From: Girardia tigrina
Lineage: Eukaryota
NCBI GenBank assembly: GCA_001938485.1
Contig: MQRK01246158.1
Location: 60,651-124,159, forward strand
Length of the DNA: 63,509 bases
Reading direction: 5' to 3'
The translations under genes were made by a program, and so were the position numbers. Position 1 is the stretch's first letter, and each line of letters opens with the position of its first letter. A model generated the notes under the pieces. That model saw nothing but the letters and a program-made list of their open reading frames with translations. It searched no databases and was not told the DNA's origin. This document shows positions 41,571 through 54,600 of the stretch, one piece after another.

Positions 41571-42989
41571 TATTAAGATATTTACGAGTTAGAACCTTTA
41601 CGGTTTTGATGCTTTTTCTAACTAATTTATAAGTTTTTCATGTAAAAGCTTTATGACAAATAGTTATTCAAATATCATTTCTTAAGTTTTTATGGTCCAT
41701 TTTATCCTTCTCAATTTAGAGGGTGTGCCTAACCATTGTGTAAGTTCTTCAGGTAGAAGCTATAATTCACATATTTGCTATTAAGTTTTTAAATTGTTCT
41801 CAGTTTGAAGGGTAAAATATATTTAGAGTAAAAGATTTTTTCTAGAAATTAAAATTTAGAAACTAAGTAGAATAAATTGTTTATTTAAAGAATTCTTTTT
41901 TCTTATTAAAGAGGAGATTAAAGAGTTAACTGAGTGCAAATATCAGCTGTGATAAATTGACATACTATAAATATGTATCTGAATTTTCAAAAAATGACTT
42001 CAGAGTAAACCTTTTAATATATATAAATAATTTCTTAGAACTGAATATAACGTTTTTTAAAGCTTCAAAGTGTGTCTTTATAAAAATAAACTTAGAAGAT
42101 TCATGTTAATTAGGAATAATATTTAATGATACAAGTACTAAAGTTCAGCGAAGTGTACTTCTACATATTCTTAAATGCTTCCAAATTTTTTATAGTGCCA
42201 AATGATAAAATTTGGTTGATTTATTAGAGTACCGCTCTTTACAGTTATTTTGAGATGAAGAAAAGGAACCAGCTTCTCTTTCAATATTTGTTTCCGCAGA
42301 AACAAATCTCAAGTTTCAGACCGAAGTACGTAAAATATAAGTTTCATCTAAGACATGCGCCAAATATCATACTGCACCCCCGATTTATGTTTCTCGGCCA
42401 AAGTGTTTTTTTCGTTGATATCTATCCATTCGTCGACTCGTGACCCGAACGTGCAGTTGGTGTGATCACCTGAATCCGCCGCGCGTCACCGAATTGTGTG
42501 AGGCAATGGCGCGCGGGATCCGACCCATCGCAAACTCTGCCGTACAGTGCGGATCGAATTATTATCAATTAACAAAAAGACAATCAACAAACAAGAGACA
42601 TTTATTACAATAACAAAATTTTGAATTTTTTACATCATTTCATCATTTAATTAGCTAGATAAAACAAACAAAAATTTGTTTATTAAAATTTTTACGAGCC
42701 CCACAAGGACCTTTACTTGATGTGAAACGTTGAGGTAGCTTCATTCATGCTGCATACATCAACCATCACCTTTTTACTATATAATTTTTTATTTCTTGTG
42801 CAATTTTATTTTTCAGTCGCCATAATGATTGCGTATTTGTGCTGTCTTCAATATTTTCATGATTACCTTCCATTTTATTTTAATAAAAAAAATACTTTTT
42901 ATTGAATATTTAAATTATTTTTGATTTGTTGATTTATTGGTTTGCAAAATTATTTAAAGGACTTTCAAAATGATTTAAATAGCTTGTAA

Positions 42990-43445
42990 ATGGCATATTA
43001 TTACTAATAAGAATGTTAGCAAAGTAGAGGCGAATGGATTTCCAAAATGTCTTATATGTCATAAAACATTTCAAAAAATTAAAAATACGAACATTGAACG
43101 ACATTTCCAACGGAAACACATTACTTTTGCAGCCAAATATCCACTTGGTGAAGAAAGAACTCGAGCAATTACACATTTGCAATAAAATGAGTTCTGTTAT
43201 GAAATATTTTATAAACTCAGCAAACAATACTAATCAAGCTAGCTTCGCAGTCTCACATGAAATTTCTAAACGAAGACAATATTTTACAGATGCCGAATAT
43301 ATGAAAAAATGTTTCTTAATAACTTTTGAAAATTTATATACTGGTTTAAATAACAAGGTTGATATAATAAAAGAAAATAAAGGACATTCCATTATCAACC
43401 AAACCTGTAGGGCAGCGAACGACCGAATTAATTTTAAATGAACTG
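42990..43445 (+). mobile_element. hAT (Charlie/SPIN-like) transposase remnant
   Basis: CLICHK..K..NIERHF..KH and ASFAVSHEISK...FTDAEYMKKCF motifs. Confidence 0.75.
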
Positions 43446-45689
43446 AAATTGCTGAAATATTCTTAGAGACGATTTTTTTTCTACCTTTATCATTTCAAGA
43501 AAAACCCTTTTTGTAAAAATGGAATTTGTATCAATAAATAACTCTGTTTAAATAAAGTAAACCTTGTATTTAAAGACAAGAAGGTTTTAGGAAGATTTAG
43601 AAATGTTGGATGTACAAAAAGGCAAATAGGGCAAGTCATTGATAATTTTCGGATCACATATTTGTTTCACAAAATTTTGCTGATTCTCCTTTCAAAATTG
43701 GACAGTAGAGTCAGAAAAATTCTCTTTATAAAGATAATAAAGCCCACATGAGAATCACTGACTTGGTCTTCTAACATGAAAAAATGATCTTTTATTGAAC
43801 TCTAATGACATTTTTACAAATTGTCACACATAAAACGAGACTTGATAAAAATTGGTAAATGTTATTTTAGGAAATTGTAAATCGGAAAATTACAAACTTA
43901 AAAATAAACTTATATTCCATAAAGATTTCTTTTAAAATACATATATATTGGCTCTCGTGTAGATAATTTATCGTCCTTTTTTATAACGAAGAAAGTTTAT
44001 TCGGATGATAACTATTTTAATTATTTTTTGGGTCCTTAATGTACAACATCTTTTTGTCGCAACACCTCGTTGTGCTTCTTTGGTCTTTTGTAATGTTACG
44101 GCGATTCACTCTGCAGTTCGACGTACTGCTGCTAATGAATGAATAATTAAAGATATTAATATAATATCTTCTGTTTCGCCTTTTTTTATTTTTTATTCTT
44201 TTACCAATATAATATTTATCCCATGATCCTGGATCTTATTTCGGGTTGGAGCTTTGCCAACACTTAAATGTTACCAGATTCAATTATATTTCTAAATTTA
44301 ATTTCTGCTACGTTCATTTTTTATTGCTATTTAAATACAAATCCGATAAAAGATAAATAAATAAATAATTATATATTCAAAAAAATAAAAATACAACAAT
44401 ATATAAACAAAGTCATAAATTAAAATAAAAGTCATTTTTATAATAAATATTTCATCTATTATCACATTTGATCTTGAAAATCATCTAAATACTCGTCTTG
44501 GGTCCGTGTAAATATTATAAATATTAGTACACTGAGTCTTCGTTTCCTCAATCTGATAATCGGTTTATTTCACTTTTTTGATCTGGTTGTAGTTCTGTTG
44601 TGCTTCATTATTCACACCCTGCGTGATATAAAATTTATATTCAGTCGTCTATAATTTTTTTGAAGACAAAACGGCCATCTGTATTTATTTTCAAAGCCTC
44701 GTTCTCTTTGATTTTCACCATAACTTTCTGTCAATCCTTCAGTTTTGCATTTCATCAGCGTTTGTCAAATTATGCTTTATCTCTTTCATTTTGGGCCAAT
44801 ACATATCTAGTGAGGACTTGGTAGATTACCTTTGCTCTAACTTCTCATTTATTCTCATATTCATATGTGCTGGGATATTCTGTGTCCGAGAAGAGTACAG
44901 AGTGAATAAAATTATTGTTTGATTTGTATCCAAATAAGTCTTAAATTTCTCTTTCCACCATCACAGTGTTGATCATAGGTTTCGGTTTGTAACAAACTTT
45001 CTATTAATTCATTTCCATGTACATAGTCTTGTAACATATACATTTCTTGGACTCCAAATTCTTAACAGTTGTCGATAAATAAATTCTACTTAAAATTAGG
45101 GCCCTCTCGCTTTTTTTTCGTTCTGGAATCCCAAATTTTTCATCATCTTTTATGCTGTTATTATCTTCATCGGTATACATATTTTAAGCATACATATTTT
45201 AAGAAATAGTCAATCACTCCAAGGATGTATAGGTATCCCTTTCCGGTGCGTGTTAATGGTCTCGCGATATCTTTTCCGATTACTTCAAATCGTGTTTAGG
45301 TAAAAGACCTAGGTAGTATGGCTTGAATTTTTACATTGATGATTTTGTTTTGAATGCATGATATACATTTAATCAGACTATTTTTATGTCTTTTACCATG
45401 TTCACTATACTTAATCATTCAAAATAAATAATTCAATCATATTATTTTCGCTATTATACAGAAAATATTTTGTTTATATAATTCCTTACTTATTTAAGAG
45501 AAAATATTCGTTTTTATATATAAAAGATAATTGCTGCTTTTATTTCAATTGACATAGAATTTTTAACTCAAAAGCTTTGCAGAATACTCAAGAAATAAAA
45601 TGAAAAAAGTAATAGAATAAAAATATTTTATTTCATTCAATTATGTCCACCAAATGGTAAAACTTCTTGTTCTTTCAAAATATAATATT

Positions 45690-48600
45690 TTATGCGTTGT
45701 CTGAAACAGTCGTATATACATTCGTCGTTGTCAGGTGTCCGAATGTATTCGGAGAATAATGTTCATCTCCTCTATCCATATTTCTAATACAATTTAATAT
45801 CATATACAAATTCATGTTAAATATATAATAAATTGAAAATAAAATAGATTTAGAACTTTCTACTTCTTAGAATTAAAAAGTCCTTTTGAATTATAATTAA
45901 AAAAACAATTAACATTAAATAATTAAAACCCCTAACTCGATAAATATTTTATTTCTCATATTTCTTTTACTGCAAGACGTAAAAATTACAGGAAAGAAAA
46001 ATTTCAGTAATATCACTTATATACCCAGAATATCGCATTCTGATGCCTTCTAATGCTTTTTTACGGTAACTGTCGCTATCAATGCAACTTACTCTAATTG
46101 CGTCTGAATTTAATTATTTATACTCTTCTTGACCCTGAACTGTTGTATATGGTTGAAAATCTCAGTTTCATTTATAACTGTGTAACAGCGGATATTTAAT
46201 ATATAACCATCACCATTTAATTTGCATTCTATATTGAGAAATCAAGTACAATCCTTTTGTATTAACATCTTTTACTTCTGAGAAAACACTAGGAAAACCA
46301 CCTCCAACGATCATTCATTTTATTGTCAACTAGAGAAAGACTTGTCATTTAGGACGGGTGAGCTGAATTTTCGTTTTTGAAAGTTTGTATTACTTTTTAA
46401 ATCGCAAATTTTATAATTTATTATTTATTGTTTCGAATTCTGCGTTGATTTAACAGTCGGTCAATTTCGTCGGCTTTGGACCAAAGCGCCCCACTGACAG
46501 CATCCTTTTGATGCGGGATATTATGGATCTTTTTAATATTTATAAAAAGATAGATGAATTTAAATGTAAATGTGTTGATATTAATTTAATTATCCTAATA
46601 TGTGTTATTGCAATAAAAAATTTATGATTTTGAATTTTAGGACCTCGAAGGTTTTTTCAGGAATTAAGTTTTTAGTAAATCATTAAAGAATAAATTAAAA
46701 TTTAGATAAATTTATCACATTTCGAAACATGACTCTTTCTGAAAGGTAATTGGGATTTTCACTAAAGTATTTTTAATAAAGTAAACCTGTTATTAATTTC
46801 TTCTCTTAAAATGGAAGGAAAGGATGTGGAATATTCAGAAAGAGGAATGTCGCTCTCCGGATGTCTCTCTTCCGCAAAAGAAGAACTGAATGACCTGAAA
46901 TTATACGATTATTTTAAACACAAAAACATTGTTTTAACACTTATTTTTAGTTCTACATTTCCATATATAAATAATTGAAATAACTCCGACAACTAGAACT
47001 GCGAAAAGACACACGAAAAGCTGAAATGATTTAAAATAAAAATCCTTTTAAATATGATAAAGTAAAATAAATTATTTATAAATGACTTGAATATTTTTAG
47101 GAAGCAGTAACTGGATATTAGAATCATTCTTAATAATAAATAAATTATTTAACAATTATCATTCACCAGAAATATACACTATATATATATATATATTGGG
47201 TTGGCCAAAAAAGTCATTGCGTTTTTGAGTACGTCCTGATAAAAAGCTTGAAAATATAAAACGATGTGATAAAATTTAAATTCAATTATATATTCTGAAA
47301 CCTTAATTTTCAGACTATGTTTATAGAAAATATTAATTGATTTTGTTTTAATTTATTACTTTACCGTCCATTCGAAATGGAAAATCAAAATGAGCATATT
47401 CATCATGTTTTGTTGCATTATTTTCGCAAAGGGAAAACCGCTGTTCAAGCTCATAAGAAGATATGTTTTGTGACTCCTTAAAGCTTCGACAGTGTCAATA
47501 CTGATTTTCTAAATTTCGTTCTGAAAAATTTCATCTGAAAGATGCACCACGCTCCGGTCGACCAGTTGAAGTTGATGGCGACAAAATAACAGCACTGATC
47601 AAATCTAATCCACATATGATGACAAGAGACGTTGCAGAGACTCTGGAAATATCAAAATCAAGTGTTGGAAGTCATTTAAAGAAACTTGGATTCGTCAGTA
47701 AACTCGATATGTGGTTACCACATGAACTGAAAGAAATTAATTTGGTGAAACGTATAGACATTTGCGATTCCCTTTTGAAGCGAGAATAAAGTGATCCATT
47801 TTTGAAGCGCTTGATTACATGTGACGAAAAATGGATTGTTTACAACAATGTGGAACGCCTAGGAAAAAATGTGGTGAGCCTGCCAAAACGATCCCAAAAG
47901 CAGAAATTCACCAAAAGAAGGTTATGCTTTCCATCTGGTAGGATTTTAAAGGAATTGTGTTTTTTGAACTCCTTCCGAGGAATGAAACCATCAATTCAGA
48001 CAGATATTGTGGTCAGCTGGAGAAATTGGATCATTCAATTCAACATGAACGTCCTGAATTGGCAAATCGAAAAGGAGTTGTAATTCAGCATGATAACGCA
48101 AGACCGCATACAAGTTTGACCACTCTCCAGAAACTCTTATCACTTGGTTGGGAGTTTTAGCCGCACCCACCGTATTCTCCAGACTTGGCCCCATCGGATT
48201 TTCACTTATTCAGATCAATACAGAATTACTTAAACAGACAAACATTCGTCAGTGATGATGACATCAAATCGTTCCTAGACGGCTTTTTTGCTGACAAAGG
48301 CAAAGGTTTTTTATGAATCATGAATAATGAAGCTACCGGAAAGGTGGAAGAAAGTAATTGGAAATAATGGACAGTATATCGTGTAAAAATATCTGTGAAT
48401 CCATGTCATTTTTTGATAATAAATATTTTAGTAAAAAACGCAATGACTTTTTGGTCAACCCAATAATTCTCTCAACAATGATCTCATAGAACATCCATTT
48501 AGACTTATTTATTCACAAATATTTATTCAAAGTGTCTTTAAATATGTAGCCACGGAATAACAAAAAAATATGTAATTAACTGAAAATATTGGAACACTTA

Positions 48601-51600
48601 CAATAATTCATCTCCCCATGATTCTTGAGAATCTAGCTCATTTAAAGAGACATAATCGCAATAATCCGTATAAGTGTTCGAGTTTATTAATTTTCATGTT
48701 TTGCTGTGGATAATCATTCAAATCATATAGGTTTTAGTTTGGTAACGTTACACAGAGTCATTTTTCCTGTTGGGATTGAAAATTTGATTCTACTGACTCT
48801 CTTAGATTACTCCTTCTACCCTTCTCTTATCACACTGCTGAGCCTGGTTAGATTTCAACCAGACTTTATCAACTTCCTTAAAACTTTGATAATAAAATGT
48901 CTTCGACATTGTCATCGTTTGTGGAACCAACTGACCTCAATTGAATTTGATAACTTTAAAGAATCTTACAGGAGGTTGTGAAAACAAGTTAACAAGATTA
49001 ATCATCATATGTCTATCTATGAAATCATCTTTGTCAATAAACAGAATAAAAACAATAATAATTGTAATAAAAATATTATATTAATACTATTAACAACTAG
49101 AAGCTGAAAGAATAAAAATAAGATTTATATTATTATCAAGATACAAAAAAGGAAAAAAAGAGGGAAGATGTAATTAAAATAATTAGTTAATTTTATTAGT
49201 TGTAGTTAATTGAGCCAAGGAGGATAACAGTAGGAAATTATGTTCTTTAGTTAAAAAAATAAGAATGTCTTTATTGAATGAAATTTGTATTTGAATAAGT
49301 ATTTCTTTTGATACAGACGGAAGTTAATATCAGATTGTTGATTTAGTTTGTCTATTTTTACTTATTCGAACGCCAACAATAATATATTGTAATTGCAATT
49401 AATGATGATTATTTCTGTTGGGAGGATATATTATTTGTTTTTAAATTAATTATAAAAATTTGATATTCGTCTTCTCCTTTTGTCCTTCACAAATACTTGT
49501 ATGCATGCGTCTTTCAGATCCGACATCGCGTAATTCTCAGACTTCTTCATCCACCGCGGAAGCTTTTCACACAGGCCGCCCTACTACCACTGTAAACATT
49601 GACATATTTATTGATGTTACTTAAATAAAAAACAGGTCAAACTTTATTTTTATTTGTTCTCACTGCCGAAAAAATAGGGATTGTTCAATTACGAGGCTCT
49701 AATTTACATTCATCATACAAAATTAAAAATCGGTTTTCAATCCACTGCTCCATCACTTCTTCAAATTTGTCTTCCGATGAAACAACAATATTGTAATAGT
49801 TACACTGATAATCAAAATTTGGAATCCTCTCTAATTTACAATTTATATTTCAATTTTCATGCTTTGTTATATGACACCACGAAGTTCTTTCCTGTTACAT
49901 TCATAAAGTCAACATTTGTTGTATCAAGAAATTCTAACGAAATTCAAATTTCTGTCAATCGTTACACCTCCAAAATTTCGAATCACATCTAGACAAGAAT
50001 GAATTTATAACCCGTCCATCAGACCTGCCGTAGAACATTTGTTATTCAGAATCATGACCTCAAGTACAACTTATTGAGCTATAAGTCTATTGTCATACAT
50101 CATGGTTATTGTCCTGTCTAATTTCACTTGATGTTTAGCAATTATAATAGTAAACGCTGTGGAATCAGTAATAGAAATAACTCATTGATGAAAATGATTT
50201 TAAGATTTGACTAGGCTCAGTTGTACATCTGGACTCTACTGCAAATTACTCCCATTCAAGTTTCTAAAACAGTACATCTTTACAAGAAGTACATCTAAAC
50301 ATGTGTCTACATTAGTTTGCGATATGACACATAGCAAAAATCTTAAAAACATCACATAATATTTCTTTCAAAGTAATAGAGAGCTACTATAACTATTCAT
50401 ATAACACTTGCACCTTTTTAAAGACTTTACGTTTCCAAATATTAACAAGACAACATCTTCTTGCAATGTAAATTTTGTTAAAACCATCACAATCTAATCG
50501 CCGGCCTTTTATTTTTACCAAACTTCTCACTAACCCGTTAATATCCGCGCAACATTCGTCTGCAGTTTTTTTTTCTCTGAGATAAAAGTTGAAGCATTTA
50601 TCAAGAACTTCAACAGATACGCGAAAATAATGGGATTTTCAGAGGAAAGGAAAATCCTTTTAGTAACGCCATGCTTGACTCCGGAGGCAATCATGATATT
50701 TTTAATAATGATATTTTTACTTTACATTTTAATTTTTAATTTACTTTTTTTAAATTTTCAAATTAAAAAAAATAATAAACTATTTTGGTGAAAGGCAAAT
50801 TTAAACTAACCCCTCATAATATCAAATCGCGTTCACCATACTTTGATCGAGATCAGCCTTCATCAAATTTAAGAATAAGGACTAATAATGTTTTGATGTC
50901 CAGAAAGCTTGTTCTAACGAAATAACAAAAAAGATAACATGATAAGAGGCTTAATTTCTCCTTCTTTGTCGTTGTCCTCAACTTTTGTTAAATCTGTAGA
51001 AAGTGTTAACAAACTAAGTTCTTCGTTAAATCAGAATGGTTATTCTAAATTTTTTCTTGAAAAATTTATAAAGGCAATAGTCGTTAAAATACTTTTTTTT
51101 TAGAAATCAGAGTTTTGCTTCTTTTCATGGATCTAAGAAAGGAATCCAGGTATTATTAGATATTAGCAATATACCTAAATATTACTTAATTACACTTTAT
51201 TCTGAAGGATTTTAAAAGTTTAAAAATGCATTGTTACAAGTAACTAATAATGAATTAAATTTAAAAATTATTTCACGATCTCATAAAATTCAAAATATGT
51301 TCAATAATAAATCTATGACACCTTTAACACTTTGTTCTGATATTGTTTATGAATAAAAATATAGTGGGTGCGATGCCACATACATACAGAGACTGCCCGT
51401 AATCTCTGTAAACGAATTCAAGAACATAGTCGAAAGAAGAGTAACAATTAGATTGTGAAACATAAGAAAAAAATGTAAATGTGATCTTAATATTGATAAT
51501 TTCAAAATTCTGTGTAAGCATTTTGATAGTTATTGGGAGAGAGTGTCGTGTGAAGCATTGTTAATTAGGTCACGTTGCCCTAAAATCAATGTTCAATCGG

Positions 51601-54600
51601 CAGTCTCAACCAGCTTATTGAGAATTTTTGATTAGCACCAATTCATGCAATCGATTACATAATCATCATTTTTGTATTTATATACAGGTGAATTGATTAT
51701 TAATTAGTGACCTGAAGATGACGGTAGATCCGTCGAAATATATTGTTAGAAAATATTTTTTAAATGGATGAATTTTGTTCTTCATAACCAACTCTCATCC
51801 GGATTTAAATTTATCAATAAAGATAATATGTTAATAATATTTCATTAAATAACATAACTTCATAACAGCATCCCAGAATATTAATTGCTCTGGAGAGTTC
51901 TCAATTAAATCAATTGAAGTTACACAATAATCAACTTGTATGATTTCATTAATAATTATACATTTATTTTTGCACATTCAATTTTCGAGAAAATAATATC
52001 TTTTTAATTATTATCAAATGACTACTCACAATTTTAAAATGATAATTTGTTTTATGCACATTATTTTCCTGAGTTTTATTTAGATTCGTTTTAATGACGA
52101 CTGACTCTCGAATATTTGATTCATATCTGAAATCTTTGATCGAATAATAAATATTATTGTATTACAAATATTTACTGATTCTTCCTTCAAATATTCCACA
52201 AATAACATTTGACTGTTGAAAGAATCCAATATTTATTATTGTGATATTTTCCGTGAATGAATCAAAGATGTAGGTCTTTATATTTTCCCCATTGAATATC
52301 TGCATCAAATATCCATTATCATCTACCATCATCGATTTACCTTCACATTCCAGTCAGAATTATTCGTAATCTCAATCAATAAAATATTCAGTTTATTCGG
52401 TATTATATTTATTTTCAATTTAGTGTCGTATTTGTTTGATCCTCTTCCGTATGAACTCATGCTCAAGTTATAATATTGAGAAATACTGAACAACAATATC
52501 GAATTATCACTAAAGTTATAACATATTTATCACTCATTATTCTCTTTATTTATAAATTAACCTCAATAATAATTCCATCAAACAATAATATAGTGATCTG
52601 TTATACGATAGAATCTTCCATTCCAATCTCACAATTCGTATTGATTCAGTATCGGTATTGATCTCAAATGTGCGCCGTTGTGATTTGTAATCGAACAATT
52701 CTGATCGATACCGGTATCGATCAATCAATCAATATCTCATATAAATACTCACCATGATCACAATATCTCCCATTCAATGAATACAATGAACAATCATTTA
52801 TTCTGTAACTGATAGATCCATTTGTCCATGAACCATTTTTGTATCTATTCTCTTGATATTTGATGTCGCAAGTCGAAAGGAAATGTTTTCCACTATGATC
52901 CATCGTAATCAAGTCTCCACTGTAATAGAACTTATCTAAGCAACCTTCTGTTGATTCATTTTGGGTTAAATATTTCATTCCCTTGTATCCGACATAAAAC
53001 CCGATATTCGCCATCCAGATAAACAATTTGTGTGGATAGAGATTGTAGTTCTTCGGTATGGGATAATTAGCAAACTGATCTGCACAAATAATTATCAAAT
53101 AATAAAATATTATTCATGAATAATATTATCAAGAATTAAATATTATTGCATAACAATGGAAAAATATTTTAATTAAAAGTTTTTAGTATTGAATTGACCT
53201 TACTTTGCCAAATCAGAATGTTAATTGATGGGTTCTAGTATCTCTCTTTGATGTGGGCCTCCCATCTAATTCGAATGGTATTGAGCCTCTAGGCTCTTTA
53301 GAGGGTCCGCCCAAATTAAAGAATCACTAACAGCCCCCCAATAGGCCTCCTACGATTTCGGATAGTTTCAGTCTCTGAGATCTTTTCGGCTTCCCTGTGA
53401 AAAACGACCACCCATGGCTTGTATAGCTATGGTTCTGCATACCTTTGACTGTATTCGTTGACTTCGTACAGCCGCGAAAGGGACATCAGAACTCCCGCTT
53501 GCAGTTAGATCTGAAATCCTAAAAGTGTTTCTTCAGTATCTTTCGCTTCCTCCACCGCCGTCGTGATAGTTCATCACGGATTGAATCTGGTTGCCTTGAA
53601 TGTTGAGGTTTTCTACGATTCTTTCTTCTGTGTTATTTGTTGTACTGGTTTGCGCTGATATAATTGTCGGTTCTCCAATTTCTTCTCTCTCATCCAGTTT
53701 ATCATTCATGTGAGGGATAATTTGGAATGTTGTAAGTTTTTTGTTTGTTGTTTGTTGTTTGTTGTGTTGTTTGAAGAAAACCAAAAAAAACAAACGTACG
53801 TAAATACTTATTTCGTCTGCGTATCACACGTAACTTTAGAGAATCAAATGCCACACCAAATAAAGTACTTTTATTAAATGCTTAAACAAAAGTTTTATCA
53901 ACCATTCTCATAGTGAGTTGCCCATCATTCGAAAAGTATATAAATTATATTTATATAAATTATAATAATAATAAATTTATTTAAAAAATTATGTAATGTT
54001 TTTTTGATCCAATAAAATTATGAAAAATTAAAATTTAATATTAAAGTTTCCCATTCATTATTTTTTAGATTTGAATACTTTAACAAAAAACTATATCAAT
54101 CGAAGAAAGATGACCTCTGAAAATTGTTGTGAAGAATCTGTTTGTGTTGTCAATAAATGTTTACATTCAAATTGTGATGTTGTTAATAATCCCGGTAGAG
54201 GTGCATGGTCAGGCATCTCTTCATTTTGTACGACTTTTATATAGTGTACATGAGAATGGTAATTGCCTTTATTGTGTCTCGTTGGGTTGTTTAGGATTAG
54301 AGGAAGCGGACAAGTGTGGTCATTTCTTATGTATCTATTCATCTCCTTCTTTTCGGCAAACACCTTGTAGAATCTTTCTACTGGACATTGTTGACGTTTG
54401 TCTCTCTCGTTGATAAGCTTCGACACAGTTTTCCTTGACCTATTGAGTCTTTCTGATCGAATTAAGGAGTTTATGTATGTTTCCCTTGATACAGTAGGGT
54501 CTCTGTAAATGATTTGGTTAATGAAATCTCCATATACCGCATTATCCTTAAATATCCACTGTATGTCCACTCGAAGACATTCCCAGATTGATTACTTCTT

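Noticed and set aside
44480-45360. Decayed coding-like tracts (also 24860-25320, 37290-37950, 49440-50440, 61850-62620)
   Set aside because: Probably TE or viral relics, but no diagnostic motif I can support.
46020-46200. VQGQE SF1-helicase-like motif on - strand
   Set aside because: Single short motif in a broken frame; insufficient to call.
49020-49110. Hydrophobic stretch as TM exon of copy D
   Set aside because: It runs into a stop with no suitable donor. Exon 47020-46941 fits phase and layout much better.
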